64,000 nt of DNA from Thermoplasmatales archaeon. GTDB taxonomy: Archaea > Thermoplasmatota > Thermoplasmata > Thermoplasmatales > Thermoplasmataceae. The stretch spans positions 160,001-224,000 of the forward strand of contig DAIDBH010000006.1 of assembly GCA_027310185.1 (NCBI GenBank), written 5' to 3'. Positions within the stretch are counted from its first letter, which is position 1, and each line of letters begins with the position of its first letter. The notes under the pieces are model-generated. The model did not search any database, was not told where the DNA came from, and was given only the letters and a program-made list of their open reading frames with translations. Shown piece by piece: positions 50,650 to 61,094 of the stretch. Made by a program: the position numbers and the translations under genes.

Positions 50650-52107
50650 TTATTTCAGTATCTTTCTGTAAGCCAGGCTACCCAGGTATGCTACAATCAC
50701 AATTATTATGCCTGCTATTAAGCCGTATGTATAATAGAAGAAGCTGGGAATCTTACTGAACGATACACTTTGCGTGATGAATGATGCATACATGGTCACA
50801 TTACCGGACTGCCCTGTATATCCACTTGGTGCAATGGTTGTGTATCCATATGTACCGGCCATCAAAAGGAATTCTACTTCATTTGAAGTTGTTGTGACAG
50901 ATTTTGAATTAAGAGTTATTCCCCAGGTTGCATTACTTGGTAATCCTGATTCCTGGAATTCTATCCAGTTATAGGTATTATTTTGGAACTGGTATGTGTA
51001 ATTTATGTAGGAATTTGTGCTTGTGCTTAACCCTCCGTACAGTACAATTGTATCGTTTGCTTCAAGAACAGACATGCTCTGGCCATATGCCGGTGCTGGA
51101 GCATTTATATTCATATTCTCCCATGTCATTGAAACAGGTGAAAACATCCAGCTGCTATTTGTTGCGACTCCGTTGGAATTTACACCACCGTAAAGTAGAA
51201 GGAAGTTGTTAAAGGAGAAATATTTAAGATGTGAAAATGCAAGTTTCCCTGGATTGTTGTTTAGATTGAGGTTTTTCCAGTGCATTGTTGTCACATTAAG
51301 CAACCATGTTGAATCAGAATAAGTACCATTGAACCCACCGTATAGGAGTATGTTACCATCTGGAAGAGATTCCATTGTTGATCCTTCCATTGCTGGAATC
51401 TGCCCTGTTGTTGTAACTTTTTTCCATGAATTGTCCTTGAATATCCATGTACTGTTTGATAACCCGGAACTTGTGTTTCCTCCAAATAAGACGATTGAAC
51501 TTATGCTATTAGAATAGGCCGATGATGCAAAAGCCCTAGCTGAAGGTGCAACTACAAGACCCTTCAGCGGTGTCCAGGCAAATCCAGTAAATATCCATGT
51601 CTGGTTTGTTAGAACCATTTTCCCGCTTGATGTGATATTTTCCCCACCGAACAGCACTATGTCATCGCCTCTTGGATAGAAGTTCATTGTTGAACCTTCC
51701 AGTCCTGGTATGCTGCTTGAAGTTGTTAATTCAGTCCACGTTTGAGAGTTATATATCCAGGTTTCGTTAACTGTTTTCTTAACCAACATAAATGATGTTG
51801 ATTTTCCACTGACGATAGTCTCATTAACTACAGTGATCCCACCAAACATTATTGCCTCCTTGTTTGGAGTAAAACAGGCCATCGTGGAGTTGCTAACAGG
51901 CAGAGGTGCAGTAGAAGAGGTGTCGTTCATCCACTGATATTTGTATACTGTACTGTTTTGTACCACGCTTGGAGTAACTATGACAGCCTTTTGGCTGCTT
52001 GCTGAAGGAGCGCCAGAAAAGGTGAATGCAAAGACCATAACTGTAAGTAGTGAAATAGCTATAACTGCAAATTTCATAATTCCATCACTCTTTCTACTAG
52101 AAGTCAT
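50650..52107 (-). CDS. Membrane-anchored Kelch-repeat (beta-propeller) surface protein
   Basis: Signal peptide; six xxFGG/YGG...N-x-TW repeats; FQESGLPSNATWGITLN Ig-like module; C-terminal TM plus YRKILK. Confidence 0.85.
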   Translation of the reverse strand: MTSSRKSDGIMKFAVIAISLLTVMVFAFTFSGAPSASSQKAVIVTPSVVQNSTVYKYQWMNDTSSTAPLPVSNSTMACFTPNKEAIMFGGITVVNETIVSGKSTSFMLVKKTVNETWIYNSQTWTELTTSSSIPGLEGSTMNFYPRGDDIVLFGGENITSSGKMVLTNQTWIFTGFAWTPLKGLVVAPSARAFASSAYSNSISSIVLFGGNTSSGLSNSTWIFKDNSWKKVTTTGQIPAMEGSTMESLPDGNILLYGGFNGTYSDSTWLLNVTTMHWKNLNLNNNPGKLAFSHLKYFSFNNFLLLYGGVNSNGVATNSSWMFSPVSMTWENMNINAPAPAYGQSMSVLEANDTIVLYGGLSTSTNSYINYTYQFQNNTYNWIEFQESGLPSNATWGITLNSKSVTTTSNEVEFLLMAGTYGYTTIAPSGYTGQSGNVTMYASFITQSVSFSKIPSFFYYTYGLIAGIIIVIVAYLGSLAYRKILK

Positions 52108-52242
52108 TGAAAAAGTAATATTGAAATCATTAATAAAGATTGCATATGATGAATGGCATAGAACTTTAGGGCAGTTTTATCCACTTCTTTTACGTGATAG
52201 TATGAAAACAACTTAATCGAAGTTATTATGAGATGAACAAAT

Positions 52243-53412
52243 TTAGTTTCCCTTGCTCTTTTCCCATACTGTTTTTGGTTCGATTACACTTCTGAGGCTT
52301 TCTGCTTTTTCCTTGAACTTCTCTACATCCTTCAGTATTGTGTCTATATCCTCAGGAAGGCTTCTGCCAGGTTTATATCCAAGCTCTTTCAGTTTTTTAT
52401 GTTCAGGATTGTAATAGTGATCCTCCTTTTCGACCCTTGGATTGGGATAATGCTTTATTTCAACATCCCTGTCAAATAATGCCTTTGCTCTCCTGCTCAC
52501 AAGTTCAGTCAGTTCGTTGATGGAATAGTGCTCATCAAACTGGTTGTATACCCTGTACTCTCCATCTTCAGGCTCCTTCTCAATGCCCAGTGTAAGGCAT
52601 GAAATGCTGTCATCAAGTGAAAGAAATCCCCTTCTCTGGTTCCCCTTTCCGTATGCTGTCAGAGGATAACCCAGTACGGCCTGTGTGCAGAACCTGTTCA
52701 GTGCTGTACCCCATACCTCATCAATATCAAATCTTGTATGGAGATCGTACTTTTTGATCTCACTTGTCTGCGTTCCGTATACCACACCCTGCATCACATC
52801 TGTTATCTTCAGCTTCCACACCTTGTTTGCAAACATCAGGTTGTTTGTATCATGCACCTTGCTCCAGTGGTACCAGGAACCTGCAAACTTTGGGAAAGGC
52901 AGATAATCTTCCCTGCCGTTGTATTTTACATTGAAGAATCCCTCAGGAATATCAATATTCGGTGTACCGTATTCACCCATGGTTCCAAGCTTTAGCAGAT
53001 GGGCTTTGGGTACAATATCCTTCATCGCATAAACCAGGTTTAGTGTGCCACCCATGTTCTGCATCAACGTCTCCCTTGCCTGTGACAGTCCGATCATGGA
53101 GTAGGGTGCAGATCTCTGCTCTGCTAGATGCACGAAAGCATCTGGTTTTGTTTCGCTGACAACCCTGTAAAGAAAATCAGGATCGTTCACATCTCCCTTA
53201 TAGAATTTTATTTTTCCAAGCCCCTTTTCTTCTGCTGTTTTGATCCTATCTTCCATTGATGATATTGGCGTGACTGAATCAGAATTTACCTCTGAAACTC
53301 TCCTTCTTGTGTAAAGTGAATCAACGCCTATGACCTCATGTCCCCTGCTCATGAGCCTCATGGCCAGTGGCCATCCTATGTAACCGTCAATTCCAAGTAT
53401 TGCGACTTTCAT
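52243..53412 (-). CDS. agl3: UDP-sulfoquinovose synthase (SqdB/Agl3)
   Basis: GIDGYIGWP, HLAEQRSAPYSM, KLGTMGEYGTPNIDI, GSWYHWSKVHD, MQGVVYG, GTALNRFC, NPRVEKEDHYY. Confidence 0.92.
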   Translation of the reverse strand: MKVAILGIDGYIGWPLAMRLMSRGHEVIGVDSLYTRRRVSEVNSDSVTPISSMEDRIKTAEEKGLGKIKFYKGDVNDPDFLYRVVSETKPDAFVHLAEQRSAPYSMIGLSQARETLMQNMGGTLNLVYAMKDIVPKAHLLKLGTMGEYGTPNIDIPEGFFNVKYNGREDYLPFPKFAGSWYHWSKVHDTNNLMFANKVWKLKITDVMQGVVYGTQTSEIKKYDLHTRFDIDEVWGTALNRFCTQAVLGYPLTAYGKGNQRRGFLSLDDSISCLTLGIEKEPEDGEYRVYNQFDEHYSINELTELVSRRAKALFDRDVEIKHYPNPRVEKEDHYYNPEHKKLKELGYKPGRSLPEDIDTILKDVEKFKEKAESLRSVIEPKTVWEKSKGN

Positions 53413-53530
53413 TATTTTAGGGAAAGTTAATCCTCGTTATAATATATTCCAATTGATTAGTGATCGGGATAAAGTTATTAATCGTCAAAAATGTATATTT
53501 ATGAAAAAGTATTATATTTAAATACAATCG

Positions 53531-54139
53531 GTGAACATGTCCCTGGGAGTATCTTTCGTTGATGTATTTTTTCCCCTTTTTATTGTAATAGATCCCTTTG
53601 GGACCATGGCCCTTTTCCTTACCATGACATCAGATTATTCTGAGCAGGAAAAAAGGACTGCTGCCAAGGATGCTTTCATCTATGGAAGCCTGATACTTGT
53701 ATTTTTTACTGTGGCCGGTTATTATGTACTATCTTTAATGGGAATATCAATCAACGCCATAGAGATTGCAGGAGGGATAATTCTACTGATAATGGGAATT
53801 GAAATGGTGAGAGAAGGAGATCGCCCGAAATCAACGGGCAAGACCTTCAAGAACCCGGACCTTGGAATTGTTCCATTTGCAACACCATTACTGGCTGGCC
53901 CTGGTGCAATTTCCCTTGTTATAATACTGGCAAGAAAAAGTTATGTTTCCATGGGCTATACCATTATTTCTGTCGTTATCATATTCGTGGTTGTTCTCGT
54001 CCTATTTTCCTTTGCTACACCAATATCAAAAGCACTTGGCGATAAGTCCATGAAAGCAATTACCAGAATTTTCGGTCTTTTTGTTGCTGCTTTTGCGATA
54101 CAGTTCATGATTACCGCAGTAACAGCACTTTTAGGATGA
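53531..54139 (+). CDS. MarC family membrane protein
   Basis: LFIVIDPFG, IAGGIIL, VPFATPLLAGPGAIS, TRIFGL. Confidence 0.92.
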   Translation: MNMSLGVSFVDVFFPLFIVIDPFGTMALFLTMTSDYSEQEKRTAAKDAFIYGSLILVFFTVAGYYVLSLMGISINAIEIAGGIILLIMGIEMVREGDRPKSTGKTFKNPDLGIVPFATPLLAGPGAISLVIILARKSYVSMGYTIISVVIIFVVVLVLFSFATPISKALGDKSMKAITRIFGLFVAAFAIQFMITAVTALLG

Positions 54140-54158
54140 AAATAATATAGTATATTTT

Positions 54159-55388
54159 TCAGTCTATTGTGAATTCCTTTCCATTGTATGGCAATATCAC
54201 GTTGTAATTCCCGAGATCATCCACAATGGCCTCTCTCTGATCACCATGACATAGAATCACGTTCTCTGGCTGGCATCCCTTTATGAATGAGACCAGTTCA
54301 TCGTGACCGGCGTGAGCGGACATATCGAAAAATTCCACTGCCATATCAGGCTTTACTTCTACTCCCGATAGATTCAATGTTCCTTTTTCCATAAGGTTCC
54401 TGCCGTTTGTTCCCTCTACCTGGTATCCCGTCATGAAAATGGCACTTTTGTCATCATGCACATACTTTTCTATGTATGAGAGTGCTGGTCCACCATCCAG
54501 CATGCCTGATGTGGAAATGATTACATCTGCAGAATCTATGTTCTCCCTCATCCTCTTGCCTCTTATCGCCTTTACGCTGGACAGAGATTTTCTGAATTCC
54601 CTGTCAGATCTAAGGTAACCGGGAGTATTCAGATAAATGCTTGTTATCAGGTTGCCCATTCCATCTGTTGCAATCTTATAAGGCAGGTCAGAGAGGGACA
54701 TTATAAGTTCCTGCATTCTTCCCATTGCAAATGAAGGAAGTATTACTTTTCCACCATGTTCTACAATTTCAGATACTCTTTCTCTCAATCTTTTTCTAAC
54801 TTCCTCTCTGTCTTCGTGATTCTTACCGGCGTATGTACTCTCAATTACAAGATTCCTTATCTTCCTCGGTTTTGCCCCAGTTAAGAGTTTTGAATCTCCT
54901 GTATACAGGTCACCGGTAACCATTACTTCATCAGAATTCTCAAATTTCCACATTGTTGAACCGGGTATATGTCCTGCGGAATATGGTGTGACATTCACTT
55001 CATCAAGAACTATCTTCTCGTTGTATTTTGTCTGATTCATGAATGTGTACATCTTTTCTACATCCTCACGATTGAATCTTTCCACGTAACCTTCTATGGC
55101 AGTTATCTTGATCGAATCGTTAAGCATTGGCCTCGCTGTGTTTGATGTCATTTCTGTTGCAAAAATATCCACACCATCATTCTGGTAATACATAGGTAAT
55201 GCACCTATATGATCCAGATGTGAGTGCGTAACAAAAAGTCCATCAATCTTTTCTGGTGGCAATGGAAATAGTGGTGGTTTTTCTGGAATTACTCCATAAT
55301 CCACCTGAAAAACCTTATCGTCCATATTGATTATTATTCCTAGCCTACCTACTTCTTCTGCTCCTCCTAAAAATTTCATTTTTAACAA
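54159..55388 (-). CDS. beta-CASP metallo-beta-lactamase ribonuclease (aCPSF-like, no KH domain)
   Basis: GGAEEVGR, THSHLDHIG, AGHIPGS, TGD, IESTY, GRMQE, TSGML, GYQVEGT, SAHAGH, HGD. Confidence 0.9.
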   Translation of the reverse strand: MLKMKFLGGAEEVGRLGIIINMDDKVFQVDYGVIPEKPPLFPLPPEKIDGLFVTHSHLDHIGALPMYYQNDGVDIFATEMTSNTARPMLNDSIKITAIEGYVERFNREDVEKMYTFMNQTKYNEKIVLDEVNVTPYSAGHIPGSTMWKFENSDEVMVTGDLYTGDSKLLTGAKPRKIRNLVIESTYAGKNHEDREEVRKRLRERVSEIVEHGGKVILPSFAMGRMQELIMSLSDLPYKIATDGMGNLITSIYLNTPGYLRSDREFRKSLSSVKAIRGKRMRENIDSADVIISTSGMLDGGPALSYIEKYVHDDKSAIFMTGYQVEGTNGRNLMEKGTLNLSGVEVKPDMAVEFFDMSAHAGHDELVSFIKGCQPENVILCHGDQREAIVDDLGNYNVILPYNGKEFTID

Positions 55389-55390
55389 AT

Positions 55391-56155
55391 TTATAACCTC
55401 GCGTTTTCAAGTCTATTCTTGCATTCACATGTTCTTTCTTCCGAATGTATTTTCAGAAAATCTGCAATAATTTTCTGTGTTTTTTCCTCATTTTCTTTAA
55501 GGATCTTAATAACTTCTGATGCTTCTACAGGTTTATCAGACCATACATCATAATCTGTAACATTAGCAATTAGAGAATAACACATGCCAAGTTCATCGGC
55601 AAGATTAATCTCCGGAACAAGAGTCATTCCTATTATGTCTCCAAATTGTCTGAACATTTTTGATTCAGCTCTGGTAGAGAATCTTGGACCCTCTATTACC
55701 ACATATGTTCCAGAATCGTGAGTATCCCCATGTTTATGGGATACTGAACTCAATTCTTTATTGATTCTCGGGCAAAATGGATCTGCCGACGATATATGAA
55801 TAACCTCAGGGCCATCATAGAAAGTCAACTTTCTATTTTTTGTAAAATCTATGTATTGATCCGGAATGACAACGTCACCTGGCTTTAGTTCCTCCTTGAG
55901 GGAACCTACTGCATTTATCCCGAGTATTTCATCACAACCGATACTGTGAAGGGCCCATATATTGGCCCTGTAATTCACCATATGAGGTGGTATATTGTGT
56001 TTCTTTCCATGTCTTGGTAGGAAAGCAACTTTCTTCCCATTGAAATCTCCTATTTCTATTTCCGAAGATGGTATTCCAAATGGAGTGTCAATCATTTTGC
56101 TTTCTTCAATTGTTATAAGATTGTAGAGGCCACTGCCTCCGATTATTCCTATCAA
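55391..56155 (-). CDS. mtnP: 5'-methylthioadenosine phosphorylase
   Basis: [48 protein letters not shown]. Confidence 0.93.
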   Translation of the reverse strand: MIGIIGGSGLYNLITIEESKMIDTPFGIPSSEIEIGDFNGKKVAFLPRHGKKHNIPPHMVNYRANIWALHSIGCDEILGINAVGSLKEELKPGDVVIPDQYIDFTKNRKLTFYDGPEVIHISSADPFCPRINKELSSVSHKHGDTHDSGTYVVIEGPRFSTRAESKMFRQFGDIIGMTLVPEINLADELGMCYSLIANVTDYDVWSDKPVEASEVIKILKENEEKTQKIIADFLKIHSEERTCECKNRLENARL

Positions 56156-56378
56156 TGTAAATCACTTCCTGTAAGTAATATGACAATGGTATTTAATTTA
56201 TTTTTAAATATTTCCAATAAAAACTGTACTCAAAATATGCAATTATTCATAGATGCGAAATAAGAATGGCACATGATTTAGAGGAGAAACTTCAGGTAAC
56301 AACAGTTATAATATATCATGTAACCTGAATTTGCATAAGATCGATAAAACTATAACTGCTATAGAATTATTATATGGA

Positions 56379-57473
56379 ATGGAATCCTCAAAAAAATTGA
56401 AAATAGCTGAAATAAAAGGAGAGGTAATGGACATAGAGATAAAGGCGAAAATCCTTTCAATGTCTAAGAGAGAGATACAGAACGATAAGGGACCTCTGAC
56501 ATACCATTATGGTCTTGTTGGAGATGAAACCGGCGTTATGCCCTTCACTGCATGGTCTATTCCAGGCACAGTAAGAGATAATGATGTATATCTGATATCA
56601 AGATGCTACACAAAAAGTTATAAGGATAAACTGAGGCTATATTTTGATGCCAGAACGGAATTCAAATTACTTACTGAGGTACTAGAAGTAAAGAGAACTT
56701 ACAAATATTATGAGATTAAGGATTTAGATTTGAAAGACAAATTCATAACCGTTGAGGGGCTTCTAACTTCTGAAAATAAGAGGGAATATGAAAAAGAAGG
56801 AGAAAAAAGGGAAGTGTTCCAATACATACTTAAGGATCAGACCGGAACTGTGCCAATATCATCCTTCGGTAAGAAACTGGAACAGGGAAAATATGCAAGG
56901 ATTGAGGGCGTAAGATTGGATGAATTCAATGGTTATTACAGGTTGAACATGTCTGATAAAGCTAAGGTAGAATATCTGAATGTTGAACTCAGGGACAATG
57001 AGATAATCCAGGATATATCTTCACTAAAGGGTGCAGTGGGAGGAATTACAGTATCCGGATTTGTGATAAATATGGGAGAAAAAAGTGGGCTTGTGGTCAG
57101 ATGCAGCGAATGTAACCAGAGGGTTGATGATGTTAGGTGTGCGGATCATCCGGATGCAAAACTCGTCTATGATCTGTTTGCCTATTTTACCATAGATGAT
57201 GGGACAGATTACCTGCAGGTTAATGCAGGATATGAAGCCCTGAAGAACATAGTAAAAATTACAAGAGAATACCTGGATAACCCTCAGAGACCTCCACTGA
57301 AGAAAGAGGTAAAGGAAAAAATTGAGTCTGCCCTGGTGCATAATGCACTAAAAATAAAGGGGAACCTGCGTATAAATAATATGGGACTGTCCCTGAGATC
57401 AACGGAAGTGAGTTACATAGCTGATAAGGATATTTCTTACCTCAAAAATGAGATAAAAGGGGTGTTAAATTGA
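56379..57473 (+). CDS. Replication protein A large subunit (multiple OB folds plus Zn finger)
   Basis: VGDETGVMPFTAW, LKDQTG, CSECNQRV..CADH, IDDGT; start moved to MESSKK. Confidence 0.85.
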   Translation: MESSKKLKIAEIKGEVMDIEIKAKILSMSKREIQNDKGPLTYHYGLVGDETGVMPFTAWSIPGTVRDNDVYLISRCYTKSYKDKLRLYFDARTEFKLLTEVLEVKRTYKYYEIKDLDLKDKFITVEGLLTSENKREYEKEGEKREVFQYILKDQTGTVPISSFGKKLEQGKYARIEGVRLDEFNGYYRLNMSDKAKVEYLNVELRDNEIIQDISSLKGAVGGITVSGFVINMGEKSGLVVRCSECNQRVDDVRCADHPDAKLVYDLFAYFTIDDGTDYLQVNAGYEALKNIVKITREYLDNPQRPPLKKEVKEKIESALVHNALKIKGNLRINNMGLSLRSTEVSYIADKDISYLKNEIKGVLN

Positions 57474-58288
57474 TGGAGAGAAGGAGGGAACCGGCAAGAT
57501 GGATATTTGCGAAGGAAATGCGAGATACCTCGATCACTTTCGTGGAGGGTGAAGACGATACCCGAAGGGAATATTTCATCACACCAGGTGGATCTTATGG
57601 TAGGAGAATACTCATTTGCGGAAAGATAACACAGAAGACTCAGGATAATGATATGACAAAATTCACTGTAGCTGATCACACAGGTGCGTTCTATATTACA
57701 TTTTTCTCCAAGGATTTCAATCAGAATACAAAGATACAGGTAGATGCCGTGAACGAGAACGATCTTGTAGTTCTAATGGGCAGAACATCCTATTTCAGGT
57801 CCAATGAGGGCAAGATGTATATTAACATAAATCCGGAATACGTGAGAACTGTAAATGAAGTTGATGCTGAGTACTGGAAGATGAGGACAGCAAAGTCACT
57901 AAATAGCAGGCTTTCTGCAATAAAGGAGATCAGGAAATCCCCTGAAATGGATCAGGACCACCTACTGGAGCTTGGATTCACTGAAGATGAGGCAAAGGGT
58001 TCCCTGAAAGCATGTTCACTATACGAAAATTACAATACAGGACCACTGGAAGAAATAATTGCAGGTATGTCCTCATACCAGTTTTCTGATGCGGCTGTTA
58101 AATTGAAGGATAGCGTGCTCCAGATAATAAAGGAAAATAATCCATTTGGTGGAATCAGCTATGATGAAATTCTGCAGAGACTGGCGAAAGACGGTGTTGA
58201 AGCCAGACAACTGGATGAGACCCTGAATCTTTTGGGTACAGATGGAGAGATTTATGAGGCAGGAAAAAGGAAATTCCGGGCTATCTGA
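57470..58288 (+). CDS. RPA small subunit / RPA-associated protein (OB fold plus C-terminal wHTH)
   Basis: RREPARWIFAKE, TPGG..RILICG, VADHTGAF, INPE; C-terminal L..DGEIYE; overlaps the large-subunit gene. Confidence 0.8.
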   Translation: MMERRREPARWIFAKEMRDTSITFVEGEDDTRREYFITPGGSYGRRILICGKITQKTQDNDMTKFTVADHTGAFYITFFSKDFNQNTKIQVDAVNENDLVVLMGRTSYFRSNEGKMYININPEYVRTVNEVDAEYWKMRTAKSLNSRLSAIKEIRKSPEMDQDHLLELGFTEDEAKGSLKACSLYENYNTGPLEEIIAGMSSYQFSDAAVKLKDSVLQIIKENNPFGGISYDEILQRLAKDGVEARQLDETLNLLGTDGEIYEAGKRKFRAI

Positions 58289-58289
58289 T

Positions 58290-59708
58290 CTACCATTTCA
58301 ATTTTAGATCCTTAGCTGCCTTGACTTCATCCGCCCTTCCAATTGACAGGTTAACCGGCATTTTATGAAGTTCCTCATCAGGTGTCAACACTGCTTCCTG
58401 AATTATGTTGCAGAACTCGTCCATGTCATCCTTGCTTGCATCTTCTGTTGGCTCAATCATCAGGGCTTCAGGAACTATGAGAGGGAAATATATGGTTGGA
58501 GCATGAATACCCCTGTTGATTATATATTTTGCAATGCCCAGTGCCCTCTTGTTCACCATCTTGGTTGACATTATAACTTCATGTTTCTTCAATCCCTCAT
58601 GATGGTAGTTGAGTATGGGTTCCAGTCTCTTTGCCATATAGTTTGCATTTAGCACTGCCCTGTGAGTGTTTAACAGAAGACCATCTGATCCCTTGTATTT
58701 TATGTATGCCCATGCTCTCAGAAGATTTGTGAAGGATCCCTGAAAACCAGCTACTCTACCTATGCTATCCTTTTCCTCAGATTTAAGAACATAAAGGTTG
58801 CCTTCCTTTTCGATCCTTGGAAATGGTAGATATTTTTCCAGGAAAGACTTCACAGCAACGGGCCCAGCTCCAGGTCCACCTCCTCCATGGGGAGTTGCAA
58901 ATGTCTTGTGAAGATTAAAATGTACCATGTCAAAACCCATTGCCCCAGGCGATGTCAATCCAAGTATGGCATTCAGGTTGGCACCATCATAATATAGCAA
59001 TGAACCGTTCCTGTGTACCATATCTGCTATTTCCTTGATGTCTGTTTCGAAGATTCCAAGTGTATTTGGATTTGTTATCATGAATGCTGCTGTTTTTTCA
59101 CTCAGTGCAGCTTCCAGTGCATCCATATTGATAACACCAGTCTCAAGAGATGGTATCTCCACCACGGAAAACCCCGCCATGGCAGCAGAAGCTGGATTCG
59201 TGCCATGTGCAGAATCAGGTATAATTATTTCTGTTCTACCTGTCTCCCCAATATCTTCCATGTATTTTCTCACAATTAACATGGATGTGAACTCGCCATG
59301 AGCACCAGCTAAGGGTTGCAGGCTCACCGCATCCATGCCTGACATGATCTTTAGATATTCCCTTAGCTCATACATCACCTGTAGATTTCCCTGTGCATAT
59401 TCGTAGTCTACGAGAGGATGTACCCTTGCAAATCTTGAGTCATTTGCAATTCTGTCTGCGAACTTTGGGTTGAATTTCATTGTGCATGAACCAAGTGGGT
59501 AGAATCCTGTATCTACAGCATAATTCATCTGTGATAGTCTCACATAATGCCTTACCACATCATTTTCAGCTATTTCAGGAAGTTTCAGGTCAACCTGCCT
59601 GATTGAATCGTCTAATTCAGGCAATTCAACCTTTTCACAGGAAAAGCTATTTCCAGAGTTAATTTCCTTGATATATTTTTCATCGTATTCAGCCTGATGA
59701 TACGTCAT
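58290..59708 (-). CDS. gcvPB: Glycine dehydrogenase (decarboxylating) subunit 2
   Basis: YPLGSCTMKFNP, QPLAGAHGE, SAHGTNPASA, TNPNTLG, YDGANLNA, HFNLHKTFATPHGGGGPG. Confidence 0.96.
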   Translation of the reverse strand: MTYHQAEYDEKYIKEINSGNSFSCEKVELPELDDSIRQVDLKLPEIAENDVVRHYVRLSQMNYAVDTGFYPLGSCTMKFNPKFADRIANDSRFARVHPLVDYEYAQGNLQVMYELREYLKIMSGMDAVSLQPLAGAHGEFTSMLIVRKYMEDIGETGRTEIIIPDSAHGTNPASAAMAGFSVVEIPSLETGVINMDALEAALSEKTAAFMITNPNTLGIFETDIKEIADMVHRNGSLLYYDGANLNAILGLTSPGAMGFDMVHFNLHKTFATPHGGGGPGAGPVAVKSFLEKYLPFPRIEKEGNLYVLKSEEKDSIGRVAGFQGSFTNLLRAWAYIKYKGSDGLLLNTHRAVLNANYMAKRLEPILNYHHEGLKKHEVIMSTKMVNKRALGIAKYIINRGIHAPTIYFPLIVPEALMIEPTEDASKDDMDEFCNIIQEAVLTPDEELHKMPVNLSIGRADEVKAAKDLKLKW

Positions 59709-61030
59709 TGTAACACCTCCATCGCCCTTATTAATTGATCAATTTCAGTATCACTTCTCATTTCTGTTGCCGCGAAGAACACATCATCCTTCAGGTTCTC
59801 AGGCATAGTAAATAAGAACTGCTTTGCCTTTAAGCCTCCAAGAAATCCTGCCTTTTCAAGATCGCACATAAGCTTATCGGACTTATTACCTGCACCCACG
59901 ATAAAATCTGTGAAAAATGGATTCTTCCATTTATGAACTCTGATATAACTGATATTTTCCATTTTTTTGAGGGTTTTACTTACATTTTCCATGGATCTGG
60001 AAGCAACCCACCTCAGTCCTTTCGTCCCAAGGATTGAAAGATATGCGGAAGAAGCTATGGCAAGCAGTGCCTGGTTGGTGCATATATTGCTCATGGCCTT
60101 ATCTCTTCTTATGTGCTGTTCCCTGGTCTGAAGTGTCATCACAAATGCCCTCTTTCCATTTGTATCAACCGTTTCTCCTATGAGCCTTCCTGGTGATTTT
60201 CTAACGTATTTTTCCTTGAATGAGAAAATTCCAAGATAGGGTCCTCCATAGCTGAGTGGAATGCCGAGCTGCTGTCCTTCTCCAACAGCTATGTCGGCGT
60301 CATAATCTCCAGGGGACTTCACAATTGCCAGTGAAACCGGATCATAATATGCTATGTGGATTGCACCTTTCTTTATGTCTTTAATTTGAGCTACACCAGG
60401 ATCTATTGTTCCATAGTTAGAAGGATTATAGGTTATGATTGACGAAGTATTCTCGTCAATTGATTGGTTTAATTTTTCAAGATCAATCGTTCCATCTTCA
60501 TTTACTGGATATGGTTTGAGTGATATTTCAAGTCCAGTTATGTAAGTTCTTATTACCTGCCAGTGTGACATCCTTATATTTTCAGGTATAAGTACTGTGT
60601 TTTTACCGTTTATTCTATGGGCCATTCTAACAGCCTCACCGATTCCCGTAGGTCCATCATACATGGATGAGTTCGTTACATCCATCTTCGAGAGATCAGA
60701 TATTATACTCTGATACTCAAAAAGTGAGTGAAGCATACCCTGTGATATTTCCGCCTGATATGGAGTGTAGGATGTTATAAACTCATTTCTCATGATGATA
60801 TTTGGAATTGACGACGGAATGAATCGCTCATAAGCCCCTAGTCCGAGGAATATTTTCATATCCAGAGCGTTCTTAGAACCTATATTTTCTGATTCAAACA
60901 TCACATCCATCTCTGACCTGCCACTGCCAATGGATTTTATATCACTTCTGACGTCCTTAGGTATATCATTAAAAAGATCCTCAAAATCATTCATTCCCAA
61001 ATAAGCCAGTAACTCGTTATCTGTGTCCAT
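59705..61030 (-). CDS. gcvPA: Glycine dehydrogenase (decarboxylating) subunit 1
   Basis: FLGLGAY, TSYTPYQAEISQG, NSSMYDG, YGGPYLG, TLQTREQHIRRDKAMSNICTNQ. Confidence 0.96.
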   Translation of the reverse strand: MDTDNELLAYLGMNDFEDLFNDIPKDVRSDIKSIGSGRSEMDVMFESENIGSKNALDMKIFLGLGAYERFIPSSIPNIIMRNEFITSYTPYQAEISQGMLHSLFEYQSIISDLSKMDVTNSSMYDGPTGIGEAVRMAHRINGKNTVLIPENIRMSHWQVIRTYITGLEISLKPYPVNEDGTIDLEKLNQSIDENTSSIITYNPSNYGTIDPGVAQIKDIKKGAIHIAYYDPVSLAIVKSPGDYDADIAVGEGQQLGIPLSYGGPYLGIFSFKEKYVRKSPGRLIGETVDTNGKRAFVMTLQTREQHIRRDKAMSNICTNQALLAIASSAYLSILGTKGLRWVASRSMENVSKTLKKMENISYIRVHKWKNPFFTDFIVGAGNKSDKLMCDLEKAGFLGGLKAKQFLFTMPENLKDDVFFAATEMRSDTEIDQLIRAMEVLQ

Positions 61031-61094
61031 GGAATCAACCAGTGAAGTAATCCTCAACCATTATTAAAATATAGCCAGAAATTCTGGTAGGATT

